Part shown: in pieces, positions 9,649-19,540 of the stretch
How positions within the stretch are numbered: the stretch's first letter is position 1
Layout of the letters: the number at the start of each line of letters is the position of its first letter
Assembly (NCBI GenBank): GCA_963770835.1
Contig: CAVYRH010000019.1
Location: 192,001-256,000, forward strand
From: an uncultured Pseudomonadota bacterium
GTDB lineage: Bacteria > Oederibacteriota > Muellerivitia > Muellerivitales > Muellerivitaceae
Direction: 5' to 3'
Length of the DNA stretch: 64,000 nucleotides
Made by a program: the position numbers and the translations under genes
The notes under the pieces: generated by a model
Told to the model about the DNA's origin: nothing
The model's input: only the letters and a program-made list of their open reading frames with translations
Database searches by the model: none

Positions 9649-12204
9649 TTACTTTCCGCCGGCGGAGGCCGTAGGTGCCGTTGCGGCCTGGGGAGGCAGG
9701 TTCAGCCCATCCAGCGGGGTTTCGGCCGCTAGGCCGGGCCCTGTCACCATCACCGGGGGCACTTGGTGCTCGGCGGTGAAAGCGGTCAGGTATTCCACGT
9801 GGTGGAGGCCGGGGCTCAATGTCACGTGGGCCGTGGGGTGGGTATCGCCGGACCCCGCCGCCACCTCCAGCACCTTGTGGCCGTCCAGGTAAAAACGGCA
9901 CACGTTGCCGGTACGGAGGCTCAAGGTGTAGTCGCCCCCGTCCCTGACGTTCCAGTCCCCTTCCACCCGCATGGAATTGTTCCAATCAATGTATTCGCGC
10001 GGGGGCAGGTTGTCGTTCCAACGCGCAACCCGGTCCTCATAAATCACCAGGCCCCGCGCCAAACCGTAGTGGCCGTAGCAGCGGCGGCGCCAGGAAGGGC
10101 CTTCCATGCGCCGGGTGTGGAACCAGGCCTTTTCATCCGTGGGGATCCGGTCGTAGGGGATCTCGGTCCACCAAAGATAGGGCACCTCGCTGGGGCCCTG
10201 CCAATAGATGAGGCGCTTGTTCCACTGGATCCCGGGGAATTCCTGCTCGATTCTTTGAATGTTGGCTGTATCCCCGCCACAGACCAGGATGGCCAGGTCC
10301 TTAGGCTTTTCGTCCGGCGCCAGGTCGATGCTATTGCCCTCCGGAGCCGCCTGGTGCAGGTCGGACTGGTCCGCCAAAATGTCCAGCCCGCAGGTGTAAA
10401 AACCCGAATAGTACGCGGCATAAACATCGTGATCCGGCATTTCCTTCTGGGCTTGGTCCCAAGTGATGGAACTGGGCCCTTTTTGGCTCATCCATTGCCA
10501 TAGCAGCCAATGGTTGCGGTTCGTTTCCCAGGCCAGGCCCGCCAGCAGCAGCAAGCCGCAAGCGATATTGACGGCCTTGGTGGGCTTCACCTGCAGGGCC
10601 GCCAGCCAGAGGCGGTTCACCCCCCAGGCGCAAACCAAAAGCAGGGGCACGTCGCAAAGCACGTAACGGAATGAGTGGGGGCCGTTGGAAAGGACGCCGG
10701 GGATCGAGCTCACCAGGAAAAGGGAGGCCAGGAAGGTGGAAAGCCAGCGGGGCCGGGCAATGAGGTAGGAAAGACCCAGGAGGACGCAGGCCGCCACCAT
10801 GTATTCGTAAAGCGAATCGCCGATGGCGGGCATCCGCGATACATGCACCACCTGCCCGAAAAGGAGCTGGTAGGTGAAAACGGTGTTTTCCCAGACCTTC
10901 GCCCAACCCTGCCCCTTTGCGGTGTAGATGGGGCTGAAAGCGGAGATGTCGGAGACGTGGGAAGAATAGTGGTCCTGCATGTACATCGGGACCATGACCA
11001 GGGCGGTGACGAAGGCCCCCGTGGCCCAACCAAAGAGCTTGCTGAATCCTTTTTTCTTCTCAGCCCTGAAAAGTTGGACGTAGCTCCAGCCGAAAACCAG
11101 GCCGACGAGGATGGAGCCCGGCCAGACGAGGAATTTGATGACCCCGCTGTTCTCAGGCAGGAAGGAATTCTTATAAAGGAAGAGGAAGGCCCAGGCGGCC
11201 AACAACCCGGGCCCCAGCAGGACCCGGTGGACGTTTATTCGCCTTTCCTTAGGGTCGTTAAAGACCCACAACCAGGCCGCTCCCAGGAAGACGGGCACCC
11301 AAGGCCTGAACGGAACGTAGGTATAGCCGCCGAAGCCGAGCGCCAGGCCCCATTCCACGAAATGTTTCCAGTCGGGCTTTTTCAGGAGCCGCAGGAAGAA
11401 CAGGATGGCCAGGGCGCCGCCCAAAACACAGGTGTCGTTGCCGTATTCAAATTTGCTCACCATAACCATGGTCTTGCAGATGGAGCCCATGGCCAAAAGA
11501 ATGATGCCCATGCGGCGTCCGCCGATCTCTTTGCCCACCAGGTAAAAAATCCAGAGCGCGGCCAGGTCAATGAGCGTGTTACTGATGAGCATGATGATCA
11601 AGCCTGTTGTGTGCGGCAGAAGGGTCCAGAGGAGAACCGTGAAATAAGGGAAAAGGGGCTCGCGGTAGCCCGAGGGGAAGAGGAAGAAATACTGGTGGAA
11701 GTCCAGGACGTTGCGGATGTCGCTGGTATGGATGTAATGGTCGTCCCAGAAAAAGCCCACCGGTTCATGGGGATTCTCAAATCGCAGATAGGCCCCCAGC
11801 CCCATGAAGAACCAGAAAAAGAGTCGGGCTGTCCAGGGGGAGATGTCCTGCCGGTCCTCAGGCACCACGGGCACCAGGCGCCACAGGAAAATCAGGGCCC
11901 CAAAACCCAGCCAAACGATCGCGGGAGAAAGATGCAGGAAAAGGTTGTCGTTCGTCAGGGGTGGAATGTCGTTGTGGATGAGCGGGGTGCCGGGTTGGAG
12001 AAGATAATTGTAGTTATGAAGGGCCAAGAGGCCCGCCAAGATGACCAGCCAAGCAGCCATTAGGTAGCCTAATTGCTCCAGGCCGAGGGAGGCCGGACCA
12101 GCGGCGCTCAAACGGGAAGGCGTCTTTTTTTGGCCGCGTAGGGGGGAGGTGAACTTGGACGTCCGGGTTTTGGGCTTGGATCGGTTCTTTCGGGATGGCA
12201 TCAT
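9649..12204 (-). CDS. GT-C (PMT_2-like) glycosyltransferase with C-terminal PA14 domain
   Basis: LRFENPHEPVGFFWDDH, GYREPLFPYF, many TMs, PA14 VEGDWNVRDGGDYTLSL...FYLDGHKVL...GLHHVEY. GGAG RBS upstream. Confidence 0.85.
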   Translation of the reverse strand: MMPSRKNRSKPKTRTSKFTSPLRGQKKTPSRLSAAGPASLGLEQLGYLMAAWLVILAGLLALHNYNYLLQPGTPLIHNDIPPLTNDNLFLHLSPAIVWLGFGALIFLWRLVPVVPEDRQDISPWTARLFFWFFMGLGAYLRFENPHEPVGFFWDDHYIHTSDIRNVLDFHQYFFLFPSGYREPLFPYFTVLLWTLLPHTTGLIIMLISNTLIDLAALWIFYLVGKEIGGRRMGIILLAMGSICKTMVMVSKFEYGNDTCVLGGALAILFFLRLLKKPDWKHFVEWGLALGFGGYTYVPFRPWVPVFLGAAWLWVFNDPKERRINVHRVLLGPGLLAAWAFLFLYKNSFLPENSGVIKFLVWPGSILVGLVFGWSYVQLFRAEKKKGFSKLFGWATGAFVTALVMVPMYMQDHYSSHVSDISAFSPIYTAKGQGWAKVWENTVFTYQLLFGQVVHVSRMPAIGDSLYEYMVAACVLLGLSYLIARPRWLSTFLASLFLVSSIPGVLSNGPHSFRYVLCDVPLLLVCAWGVNRLWLAALQVKPTKAVNIACGLLLLAGLAWETNRNHWLLWQWMSQKGPSSITWDQAQKEMPDHDVYAAYYSGFYTCGLDILADQSDLHQAAPEGNSIDLAPDEKPKDLAILVCGGDTANIQRIEQEFPGIQWNKRLIYWQGPSEVPYLWWTEIPYDRIPTDEKAWFHTRRMEGPSWRRRCYGHYGLARGLVIYEDRVARWNDNLPPREYIDWNNSMRVEGDWNVRDGGDYTLSLRTGNVCRFYLDGHKVLEVAAGSGDTHPTAHVTLSPGLHHVEYLTAFTAEHQVPPVMVTGPGLAAETPLDGLNLPPQAATAPTASAGGK

Positions 12205-12227
12205 TTCTCCTTTTGGATTTGGACGGC

Positions 12228-14843
12228 CTAGCCGCCTAAAGTTTCCTTATAACCCGCTTGAGAATTTTCGATCATGACCCGCTCAAACGATGCATCAGCC
12301 CTTAAATAAGTCATGTAACGCAGGTGATGGACGCCTTTCTTAAAATAAAGGGTATGGACCACCTTTTGGGGTTGGAACCATCCCGACGTAATGGAGGAAA
12401 GGGCCTTTTCCCCGTCCACCCAGATTTGGATGGGATTGGGGCTGTTGACGGAAAAGGTGTAATCCCCGTCGGCGGGGGCTTCCCAATCCCCCTCGGCCGA
12501 GACCGACAAGGCGCCGCCTCCGGCTGGAGCGGGATTCAGGACGGGGCTCAAATCCTCGTATTTGATCGTGCCGCGGCACAATCCGAAATAAGTCGTGTAA
12601 ATGCGCCGGCGCCACTTGCAGTCCGGAACCACCCGGTACATAAACATCTTGCCTTCCTTTTCAGGAATGTCCGACGCGGGGATCACCACACTATAGAGAA
12701 AAGGAATGTCGCTCTGGGTCTGATAATATTGCCATTGGGGGATCCACTGGGCATGGGGAAACTCTTTTTTCAGGAGGGGTGTCCATTCTTTATCCTGCCC
12801 TGCAATGACCACCGCCAGGTCCTTGCGTGGTTCGCCCGGCGCCACGTCGATCACGTTCGTGTTGTCGAGAAGATAAAGGGGCTCCCCGTCGTGAATGACG
12901 CCCTCGACGGCGGGGGAGGCGAAGCCCATTCCGTTGTAAAGCCCCAAATAAACGCGCTTGGTTGGCATCTGCCGGGAAATCTCGTAGGAGACGCAGACGT
13001 CGGACGCCGTAATGCTCCACCATTTGTCGTAAATCCGGGTGAAGGAACTGCGCCCTTCCCAAACCCAGAAAAACGCCAGGAAAGCAACCAGCAAAAGGCC
13101 GAACCAGCGGTTTTTTCTCCAAGACCCCGTAAACGAGGCCGAAATCCAGGACTCCAATCCCCAGGAAGAAAGTAAAAGAAGGGGCGGCAGGGCACCCAGG
13201 AGCTTGGCGCTGGTGGGATCGTTGGTCAGGACCCGGCCGACCATTCCTGTGAAGGCACAAAGGATTAAAAAGAGGCGCGTCCAAGAAAAACGCGTGACCG
13301 CAAACACAAGCCCCCCAAAGGCCAAAACCGCGGCCTGGAAACCAAAGAAGGGGTCCCCGACGACGTTCATGTCCGCCCGGTCCTCCCCGGTGTCGAAAAG
13401 GGCCTTGACGGCCACGGCAAACCTGTCCCAAACGGAATGGAGGAAACCGCCCCCAAGCCAATTCAGAGGGTTATTCGGCAGGATGGAGATATCGCGGATT
13501 TTTATGCCAATCTCCTCGTTCATAGCCAGGGGATAAACCATGAAACCGGCCAGGACCACGCCCAAGCACCAGCCTGCCAACACCCTGGCTTTTCCCCGGG
13601 TAGCGGCGTAGAGATATCCCAAAATCCCGAAAAGCACGGCTTGAATAAGGAGCCAAACCCAGACGTTGGTGCTCCAAATTTTCGACAGGGAATTTCCTGA
13701 AAAAACCACAAAGAGACGGTCCAACAGGAAAAAGAAAAGTCCGAAAAGGCCCAGAACCACAACAAGTAATAAAAACCAATGAAGCCCCGCGAGAGCAGGG
13801 GAGGGATTCGTGAGTTCCCCCATGCCGAGGAACCGTAAGATGCCTTTCGGGGCCGGTCTGGCCGGCTTCCGGATCTTTTTCCTCCCTCCGGGTTCAGGTT
13901 CCCCCGAAACTGGGGATAAACGCGGTGCCACAAAAGCCTGCCAGGCAATCCAGGCCAGCGTGGAAGCAGCCAGGAAAAGCATCCAGGGGCGATAGGCGAT
14001 ATAAGTGTAAAAACCGAAGCCCAGGATGAAGCCCCATTGAAGGAAGTGCGGCAAATCGGGTTTCCGGAACAAGCGGAATTGGAACCAGAGGATTAAAGAA
14101 ACGATAAAAGGAAGGGTTAACCCGGGCATCCCCCCCAGGTTTTGGAGAATCATGGGTTTGCTGACCGCCCCAAGGGCGGCAAGGATCAGCCCGGTGAGCC
14201 TTTTGCCGGTTACCTCCCGTCCCAGCCGGTAAAAAAGCCACACAGCCGCCACGTCGAAAAGCGCGGAAGTCAGCCTTTCCACCACCAATGCTTTCATTTG
14301 GGGGAAAAGCCACCAAACCCCCGCCGCAATATAGGGATAAAGGGGCTCCCGGTGTCCGATGGCGAAGTCAATCCGGAATACGTGAAGCTCCACAATATTG
14401 CAGGGGTCGATGATGCAGATGGCGGGATCATCCCAATAGCGGCCGATAGGGTCGCTGGCACGGTAAAGCCGGAAAAAGGCCGTCACCCCCAAAAGGGCTA
14501 AGAGAAGGGGATAAACCGCCCATCGGGGTAACTCCGTGGGAAGAGGATGCCCGGGAAGGCCCCGAAACCCCAGGAACAAAAGAACCGCCGAAACGAGCAA
14601 CAGGAAATTCAGGTGATTTACCGGAAGGTGGATCGGAACGCCCAGCCACTGAAAGGGCGCATATTGCAGGAAAACGGCCCCTACCAACAGGAAACCCAAC
14701 ATCAGCAATAAATGCGTTTCTAAAGGCGGTGGCACGCTAGGAAGTACGGAAAACGCCATTGGAGGCCGGACTTTTATTCCCGGCCCCTTTACTGACGCCA
14801 GCCGCCGTCGGGCTTTTAGAGAGGTTCGTTTAGGCTTGGCCAA
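12228..14843 (-). CDS. GT-C (PMT_2-like) glycosyltransferase with C-terminal PA14 domain
   Basis: FFRLYRASDPIGRYWDDP, GHREPLYPYI, many TMs, PA14 AEGDWEAPADGDYTFSV...IWVDGEKAL...GVHHLRY. TTG start. Confidence 0.85.
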   Translation of the reverse strand: MAKPKRTSLKARRRLASVKGPGIKVRPPMAFSVLPSVPPPLETHLLLMLGFLLVGAVFLQYAPFQWLGVPIHLPVNHLNFLLLVSAVLLFLGFRGLPGHPLPTELPRWAVYPLLLALLGVTAFFRLYRASDPIGRYWDDPAICIIDPCNIVELHVFRIDFAIGHREPLYPYIAAGVWWLFPQMKALVVERLTSALFDVAAVWLFYRLGREVTGKRLTGLILAALGAVSKPMILQNLGGMPGLTLPFIVSLILWFQFRLFRKPDLPHFLQWGFILGFGFYTYIAYRPWMLFLAASTLAWIAWQAFVAPRLSPVSGEPEPGGRKKIRKPARPAPKGILRFLGMGELTNPSPALAGLHWFLLLVVVLGLFGLFFFLLDRLFVVFSGNSLSKIWSTNVWVWLLIQAVLFGILGYLYAATRGKARVLAGWCLGVVLAGFMVYPLAMNEEIGIKIRDISILPNNPLNWLGGGFLHSVWDRFAVAVKALFDTGEDRADMNVVGDPFFGFQAAVLAFGGLVFAVTRFSWTRLFLILCAFTGMVGRVLTNDPTSAKLLGALPPLLLLSSWGLESWISASFTGSWRKNRWFGLLLVAFLAFFWVWEGRSSFTRIYDKWWSITASDVCVSYEISRQMPTKRVYLGLYNGMGFASPAVEGVIHDGEPLYLLDNTNVIDVAPGEPRKDLAVVIAGQDKEWTPLLKKEFPHAQWIPQWQYYQTQSDIPFLYSVVIPASDIPEKEGKMFMYRVVPDCKWRRRIYTTYFGLCRGTIKYEDLSPVLNPAPAGGGALSVSAEGDWEAPADGDYTFSVNSPNPIQIWVDGEKALSSITSGWFQPQKVVHTLYFKKGVHHLRYMTYLRADASFERVMIENSQAGYKETLGG

Positions 14844-14870
14844 GTTGGCGGACCACCTTTGGGGCTTTTT

Positions 14871-15881
14871 TCAGGGAGTGGCGGCAGGCAATTGATATAA
14901 AGCGATCTGATCGCCACCCGAGATCATCAAGACATCACCCGGGCCCACGGCCAAACCATAATCGCCTGGAATAGTTGATCCCTTTTCGTCCACAAGGTCG
15001 CCCAAATACCCTTCTTTCATGCTGTAGGCTTTGATGCAGCCGTTCCCATCGTTATTGGCGGTGGAGACAAAAAAACGGCCTTCCTTGTCAACGGCCACGG
15101 ACTGCACACCGAACTTGTACTTGAAGACCTTCACAACCTTTCCATCTTGGTTCAACCATTGAAGGCGGTCATTCTCGGAGTCGGCTACGAAATAATTTCC
15201 CTTTTCGTCGGTCGCGATGTCCAAAGGCGCTTTGAATTTACCCGGCTCCTTTCCCCCCCCTCCCCAAAAAGTCTCCACTTTCCCATCCACGGAAACAATC
15301 CCTATCCGTTGGCTGCCCGTATCCGCGATGGCGAAATCATGCCCGTCAAAAGCAATGCCCCGCGGCCCATAAAAGCTTCCGCTGGTGGGAAGGGTGGTAT
15401 TCAAAATTTCCTTTCCATATTGGTCGAACCCTTTGATCGAGCCGTTCCAGGAATCAATTACGTAAGCGTTGCCTTTGTCGTCCGAGGTCATCCCGGAGGG
15501 TTCGTGGAATTCCATGGCTCCACTCCCCGCCTTCCCCCAGCTCTTGATACATTTTCCTTCCCGGTTGAACAGGAGAATTCGGTTGTTCCCATGGTCTGCG
15601 ACCATGATTTTATCCTTCCCGACCGGTGCCACCCCCCAGGCGCTAAATGAACCGCACTTTTGAATGCTTCCCTTGATCATAAGGAGGGATTGGACTTTGT
15701 AGCTCTTGGGGGTTTCACTTTTGGTAAGGTTCAACCCTTCTACCACACAAACGGCTATCACTACCGCGATCAGCCCCCTCACAATCCATTTGTTCTGGCC
15801 CGAAGGAGCCGGCTGGGAGGGTGGCATCCCGCTGTTGGGGGATTTAAGTACTTTCCTGCTTTTTGTTTTACGCGGCGACAT
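14871..15881 (-). CDS. Membrane-anchored NHL-repeat beta-propeller protein
   Basis: ATG 15881 follows GGAGGA. Basic tail, one TM, then NHL repeats (FHEPSGMTSDDKGNAYVIDSWN; FKAPLDIATDEKGNYFVADSENDRLQ). Confidence 0.85.
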   Translation of the reverse strand: MSPRKTKSRKVLKSPNSGMPPSQPAPSGQNKWIVRGLIAVVIAVCVVEGLNLTKSETPKSYKVQSLLMIKGSIQKCGSFSAWGVAPVGKDKIMVADHGNNRILLFNREGKCIKSWGKAGSGAMEFHEPSGMTSDDKGNAYVIDSWNGSIKGFDQYGKEILNTTLPTSGSFYGPRGIAFDGHDFAIADTGSQRIGIVSVDGKVETFWGGGGKEPGKFKAPLDIATDEKGNYFVADSENDRLQWLNQDGKVVKVFKYKFGVQSVAVDKEGRFFVSTANNDGNGCIKAYSMKEGYLGDLVDEKGSTIPGDYGLAVGPGDVLMISGGDQIALYQLPAATP

Positions 15882-16258
15882 GATTCCTCCCAAAAATGCT
15901 GGATTTAACGGATGAGCCCTTTCCCCGTCCATGGAACAACCTGGAACTGGGGAAACCGCCGGACAATACGGCTTCCGGGCTTAAACTTTCGCGCTCACGG
16001 TTTTCTTTTTAGCGATTTTAATACCGCCAAAGCTAGATAATCTTCATAATTCAGACCCTGCCACAAAGTTCAAAACATCCGCATTAGGTCGTGCGGAAAG
16101 TTCAAAGAGCCATTAACATTTTCAAAACCGACTTTTGAGGCAGTAGCATATCGCAAAATCCGCCCCTTGGCTTAAAGTTTTTATGACGAAGGGAGTCCCG
16201 CCAAATAAAAACAAGGGAACAGCGCCTTGTCATCCACAGCCCTATAACAAATCCAGGA

Positions 16259-18511
16259 TTAACCGATTTTAACCAAGTTTAAGGGATGTTTTGGCGCTCC
16301 CAAGAGCGGGGAAACCCATTGATCCAATCGATTGCGGAACATCCACCCGGCGGCAAGTGCCAGCCAGGCAAACAACGAATAAAAAAAACTATAGATGAGA
16401 ATGGGAGGGTAATAGGACATTTTTACTCGATGGTGTCCAACGCTTAAAAGAGGGACCGCCCGGAAAGTCCCATCCGCCAGGTAAATGGGCGTCTCCACCC
16501 CATCCACCCAGGCTTTCCAACCCGGATAAAAAGCGTCGGAAAGGAAAAGAAAACAGGGTTTGTCGTTCGAACATTCGATCTCGACATCATTGTAATCATA
16601 ACGGGTGATTTGAGCTTCCCCCACCCAGCCTTTCGGTCCCTCCGGCTTTTCCACCGGTTCTTGGTTTAAAACCACTTCCTGGCGGGGGTCCACCTTGCCA
16701 TCGCGGATGTTGTCGATAACCCGGCTGTAATCCGGATCAACTTCGTAGCCGCCCACCAGGAAAGACCGGGGAAAACCCTGGGAGTTCTCCCAGATGGATG
16801 CCCCCGGACTGGCCATCGTCCGCCAACGATCGGTTTTTGGGGCGCCGGCCGGCCGGTGATTGTATTTGAGGTCGATCAAGTCCGAGAGGGTAGAGTCCGG
16901 GTGATTGTATTGCTCGTCCATGTATTTTTGCGCCGTCCCGACGAAGAAGCTGCCGCAACCGGTCACAACAGAGCTGATGTTTTGGAGAAGCTGGTACTCA
17001 CAGTAAGTACTGGCGGGCTGGATTCTTGGGTGGGTGGGATCCTCTTTAACCTTCTTGAGCAAGTCCGGTGGAAGTAAATCAGTAAAGAAGGCGTTGGATC
17101 CGCTACCCATATCATGTTTCACGTCGAACCGGTAAAGGTCAATGGCCGTGCCCATTAGGATCAAGGCCGGGACACCAACCACCAGTAAAGTCCTTAAAGG
17201 GGTGGGATTCCGGATTTTATTCCGCCAATACGCGGCCCAAGCGTCCAAGGAAAGGCCGGCCAAACAGGCCAAGGCGAAGGTCGTCAGGACCATCATGCGG
17301 CTTGGAACCCGGTTATGTGAAAGCCCTGGAACGGCTTTGGACATGAACAGGTAAATATAATGGGTAACCGTCGTGTTATCCGCCATGGCATAGGCCATGC
17401 TCAAAGCCGCAACGATTCCAAGCCACCCGACCAGGGGCTTCCTCCAAAGCGTGGCCAATCCCAAAAGGGCCAGGAAAATGGGAGCCAGCCCTATGTAAAA
17501 GATGACCTCCGCGTAGCCGCCCGTTCCTCCGTGGTAATTGTCCGGCGTCCCCATGAAAAAAGGGTCGATCAAGAAGCGGAAATTGGCGGGCACGAACGAA
17601 TCCCGCAACAGGTCGGTCGAGTTCCAAGACCAGCGGTTGCTCAAAAGGGCGAACTGGGCCGTCGGGGCGATCTGGCACAAACCCAGGGAAAAACCCACAA
17701 CGACGAATGTCGCTTCAGCGGCCAGGAATTCCTTCCAATGGATCCGCCCCCCCAGCCAAGCCCAAACCAGGTAAAAACCCGTGATCATTAAGGCGTAAAC
17801 GTCGATTTGGGGCGTTCCGTCAAGAATGCAAAGGCCGAAGGCCGCGGACGAAATCAACAAGGCGGAAACCTTCCGTAAGTCCGTAAACCGCTGGAGTCCA
17901 TACAGCATCAGGGGCAGCCATGCGGCTCCCGTGATGACATTGAGGCCCCCCATGCAAAACTTTCCCATGAAATAACCGGAAAAAGCGAAGGCCAATCCAC
18001 TCAAACAGGCCCCGGCCCAACCAGCCCCCAGGCTGCGGATGAAAAGATAGGTTCCGAAAGCCGCGATCAGGAAATGAAAAAAATAAGACAAGGTAAAGGC
18101 GAAGCTTGTGGGAAAAACGAAAAACAAGAAATTAAAAGGCGCGTAGGGACCGGGGCTGCAACTGGCCACGAAAGGAATGCCCAGGCTGCTATAGGGGTTC
18201 CATAGCGCCGGATAACCCCTTTTCAGGCTTTCGATCCAGACATACTTGTAAGGCCAAGCGCAGATCATGTCCCCGCTGCCGGGAATCCAATCCCGGTGGC
18301 TTAAGAAAGGCCAAAGGAAAAAAGCGGTAAACAAGGCAAAAAAAGCACAGGCAAGCAAGGATTCTTTCCGAAAAATGTGCCCGTGATTTTCCCCGCCCGA
18401 AGCCGCCATTTTCTCACCGGCGAACCCGGAAGATTGGCGCGCTTGTGAAACGGACTTTAAAGGGAGCTTGGACTTGTTTCTTCCTTTTTTAATCTTGGAA
18501 CTCTTTTTCAA
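16259..18511 (-). CDS. YfhO-family membrane glycosyltransferase (GT-C)
   Basis: GYPALWNPYSSLGIPF, GLAFAFSGY, AAWLPL, and the C-terminal LFLSDAFYPGWKAWVDG...GHHRVKMSYYP typical of YfhO. Confidence 0.85.
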   Translation of the reverse strand: MKKSSKIKKGRNKSKLPLKSVSQARQSSGFAGEKMAASGGENHGHIFRKESLLACAFFALFTAFFLWPFLSHRDWIPGSGDMICAWPYKYVWIESLKRGYPALWNPYSSLGIPFVASCSPGPYAPFNFLFFVFPTSFAFTLSYFFHFLIAAFGTYLFIRSLGAGWAGACLSGLAFAFSGYFMGKFCMGGLNVITGAAWLPLMLYGLQRFTDLRKVSALLISSAAFGLCILDGTPQIDVYALMITGFYLVWAWLGGRIHWKEFLAAEATFVVVGFSLGLCQIAPTAQFALLSNRWSWNSTDLLRDSFVPANFRFLIDPFFMGTPDNYHGGTGGYAEVIFYIGLAPIFLALLGLATLWRKPLVGWLGIVAALSMAYAMADNTTVTHYIYLFMSKAVPGLSHNRVPSRMMVLTTFALACLAGLSLDAWAAYWRNKIRNPTPLRTLLVVGVPALILMGTAIDLYRFDVKHDMGSGSNAFFTDLLPPDLLKKVKEDPTHPRIQPASTYCEYQLLQNISSVVTGCGSFFVGTAQKYMDEQYNHPDSTLSDLIDLKYNHRPAGAPKTDRWRTMASPGASIWENSQGFPRSFLVGGYEVDPDYSRVIDNIRDGKVDPRQEVVLNQEPVEKPEGPKGWVGEAQITRYDYNDVEIECSNDKPCFLFLSDAFYPGWKAWVDGVETPIYLADGTFRAVPLLSVGHHRVKMSYYPPILIYSFFYSLFAWLALAAGWMFRNRLDQWVSPLLGAPKHPLNLVKIG

Positions 18512-18766
18512 AAGCGGAACCTCTTTGGTTCAAGTGCAAGGCAAACCAGCCCCAACATTCCCCAAAAGAGCTGTATTCACTAGCCCAGGGATACCCGCTT
18601 ATTATTAGGGGTTCTGTAGGACTGTCCAGAAAAACCATATATAATGCCCATCAAAGATTCAAAAATTATGTTTTCGCCGTCCATATTTTAGGCCTTGGGA
18701 TGGAGGGCGGCTCCAGGTCAAAAGCTCAAAAAGTCGAACACATAATAAAAATTCGGAAATAAAACA

Positions 18767-19540
18767 ATGGATTCCCTCGCTCAACAAATCCAAAAAGCCA
18801 AAAAACGGCTCCTCCAAATGCACTTCGAAAGTGGCGTGGGGCATATCGGAGGAAACCTCTCTTGCCTTGATTCGCTTATGGTTTTATACCACAAAATTTT
18901 GGGAAAGGATGACTTGTTCGTCCTTTCCAAAGGCCATTCGGCGGGCGCCCTTTACGTCACCCTGTGGTCCATGGGCCGCCTAAGTGACGGGGATTTGAAA
19001 CTTTTTCACAAGGAACACACCAAATTGAGCGGGCATCCGGCGCCGGATTGGCTGAGGGAAATTACTTTCGCCACTGGCAGTTTGGGCCATGGGTTTCCCC
19101 TTGCGGCCGGGCTGGCGCTGGGGAAAAAGCTCAAGGGAGAACCCGGGCGGATTTTTTGCCTGACTTCGGACGGCGAATGGGAGGAAGGTTCCAATTGGGA
19201 GGCGTTGATCTTTGCCCTGCACCATCAGCTCGAATCCTTGACGGTTATGGTCGACTGGAACGGGCTTCAGGGTTTCGGGACCACGAAGGAAGTTGCGGGC
19301 CTGGAGGATTTAAAGAAGAAGTTTGAATCCTTCGGCATGTCCACCGAGGAAATCAACGGGCATGACTTGAAAGCCCTGGAAGAAGCCTGGAGGGGAAAAG
19401 CCAAGGGGCCTCGTGCCGTCATCGCTCATACCGAAAAAGGCCGTGGCGTTTCCTTCATGCGCAATAAAATGGAATGGCACTACCTACCCTTGACGGAGGC
19501 CCAATACCATCAAGCCTTGGAGGAGATCGGCCCGGTATGA
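18767..19540 (+). CDS. Transketolase-like enzyme, N-terminal (TPP-binding) subunit
   Basis: GHIGGNLS, FVLSKGHSAGALY, LSGHP, TGSLGHG, TPP motif SDGEWEEGSNWEA...DWNG. Confidence 0.93.
   Translation: MDSLAQQIQKAKKRLLQMHFESGVGHIGGNLSCLDSLMVLYHKILGKDDLFVLSKGHSAGALYVTLWSMGRLSDGDLKLFHKEHTKLSGHPAPDWLREITFATGSLGHGFPLAAGLALGKKLKGEPGRIFCLTSDGEWEEGSNWEALIFALHHQLESLTVMVDWNGLQGFGTTKEVAGLEDLKKKFESFGMSTEEINGHDLKALEEAWRGKAKGPRAVIAHTEKGRGVSFMRNKMEWHYLPLTEAQYHQALEEIGPV

Noticed and set aside
10675..12063. 462-aa plus-strand ORF (also 4901-5860, 9763-10503, 12324-13175)
   Set aside because: Antisense shadows of well-supported GT-C genes in GC-rich DNA, with no recognisable motifs.
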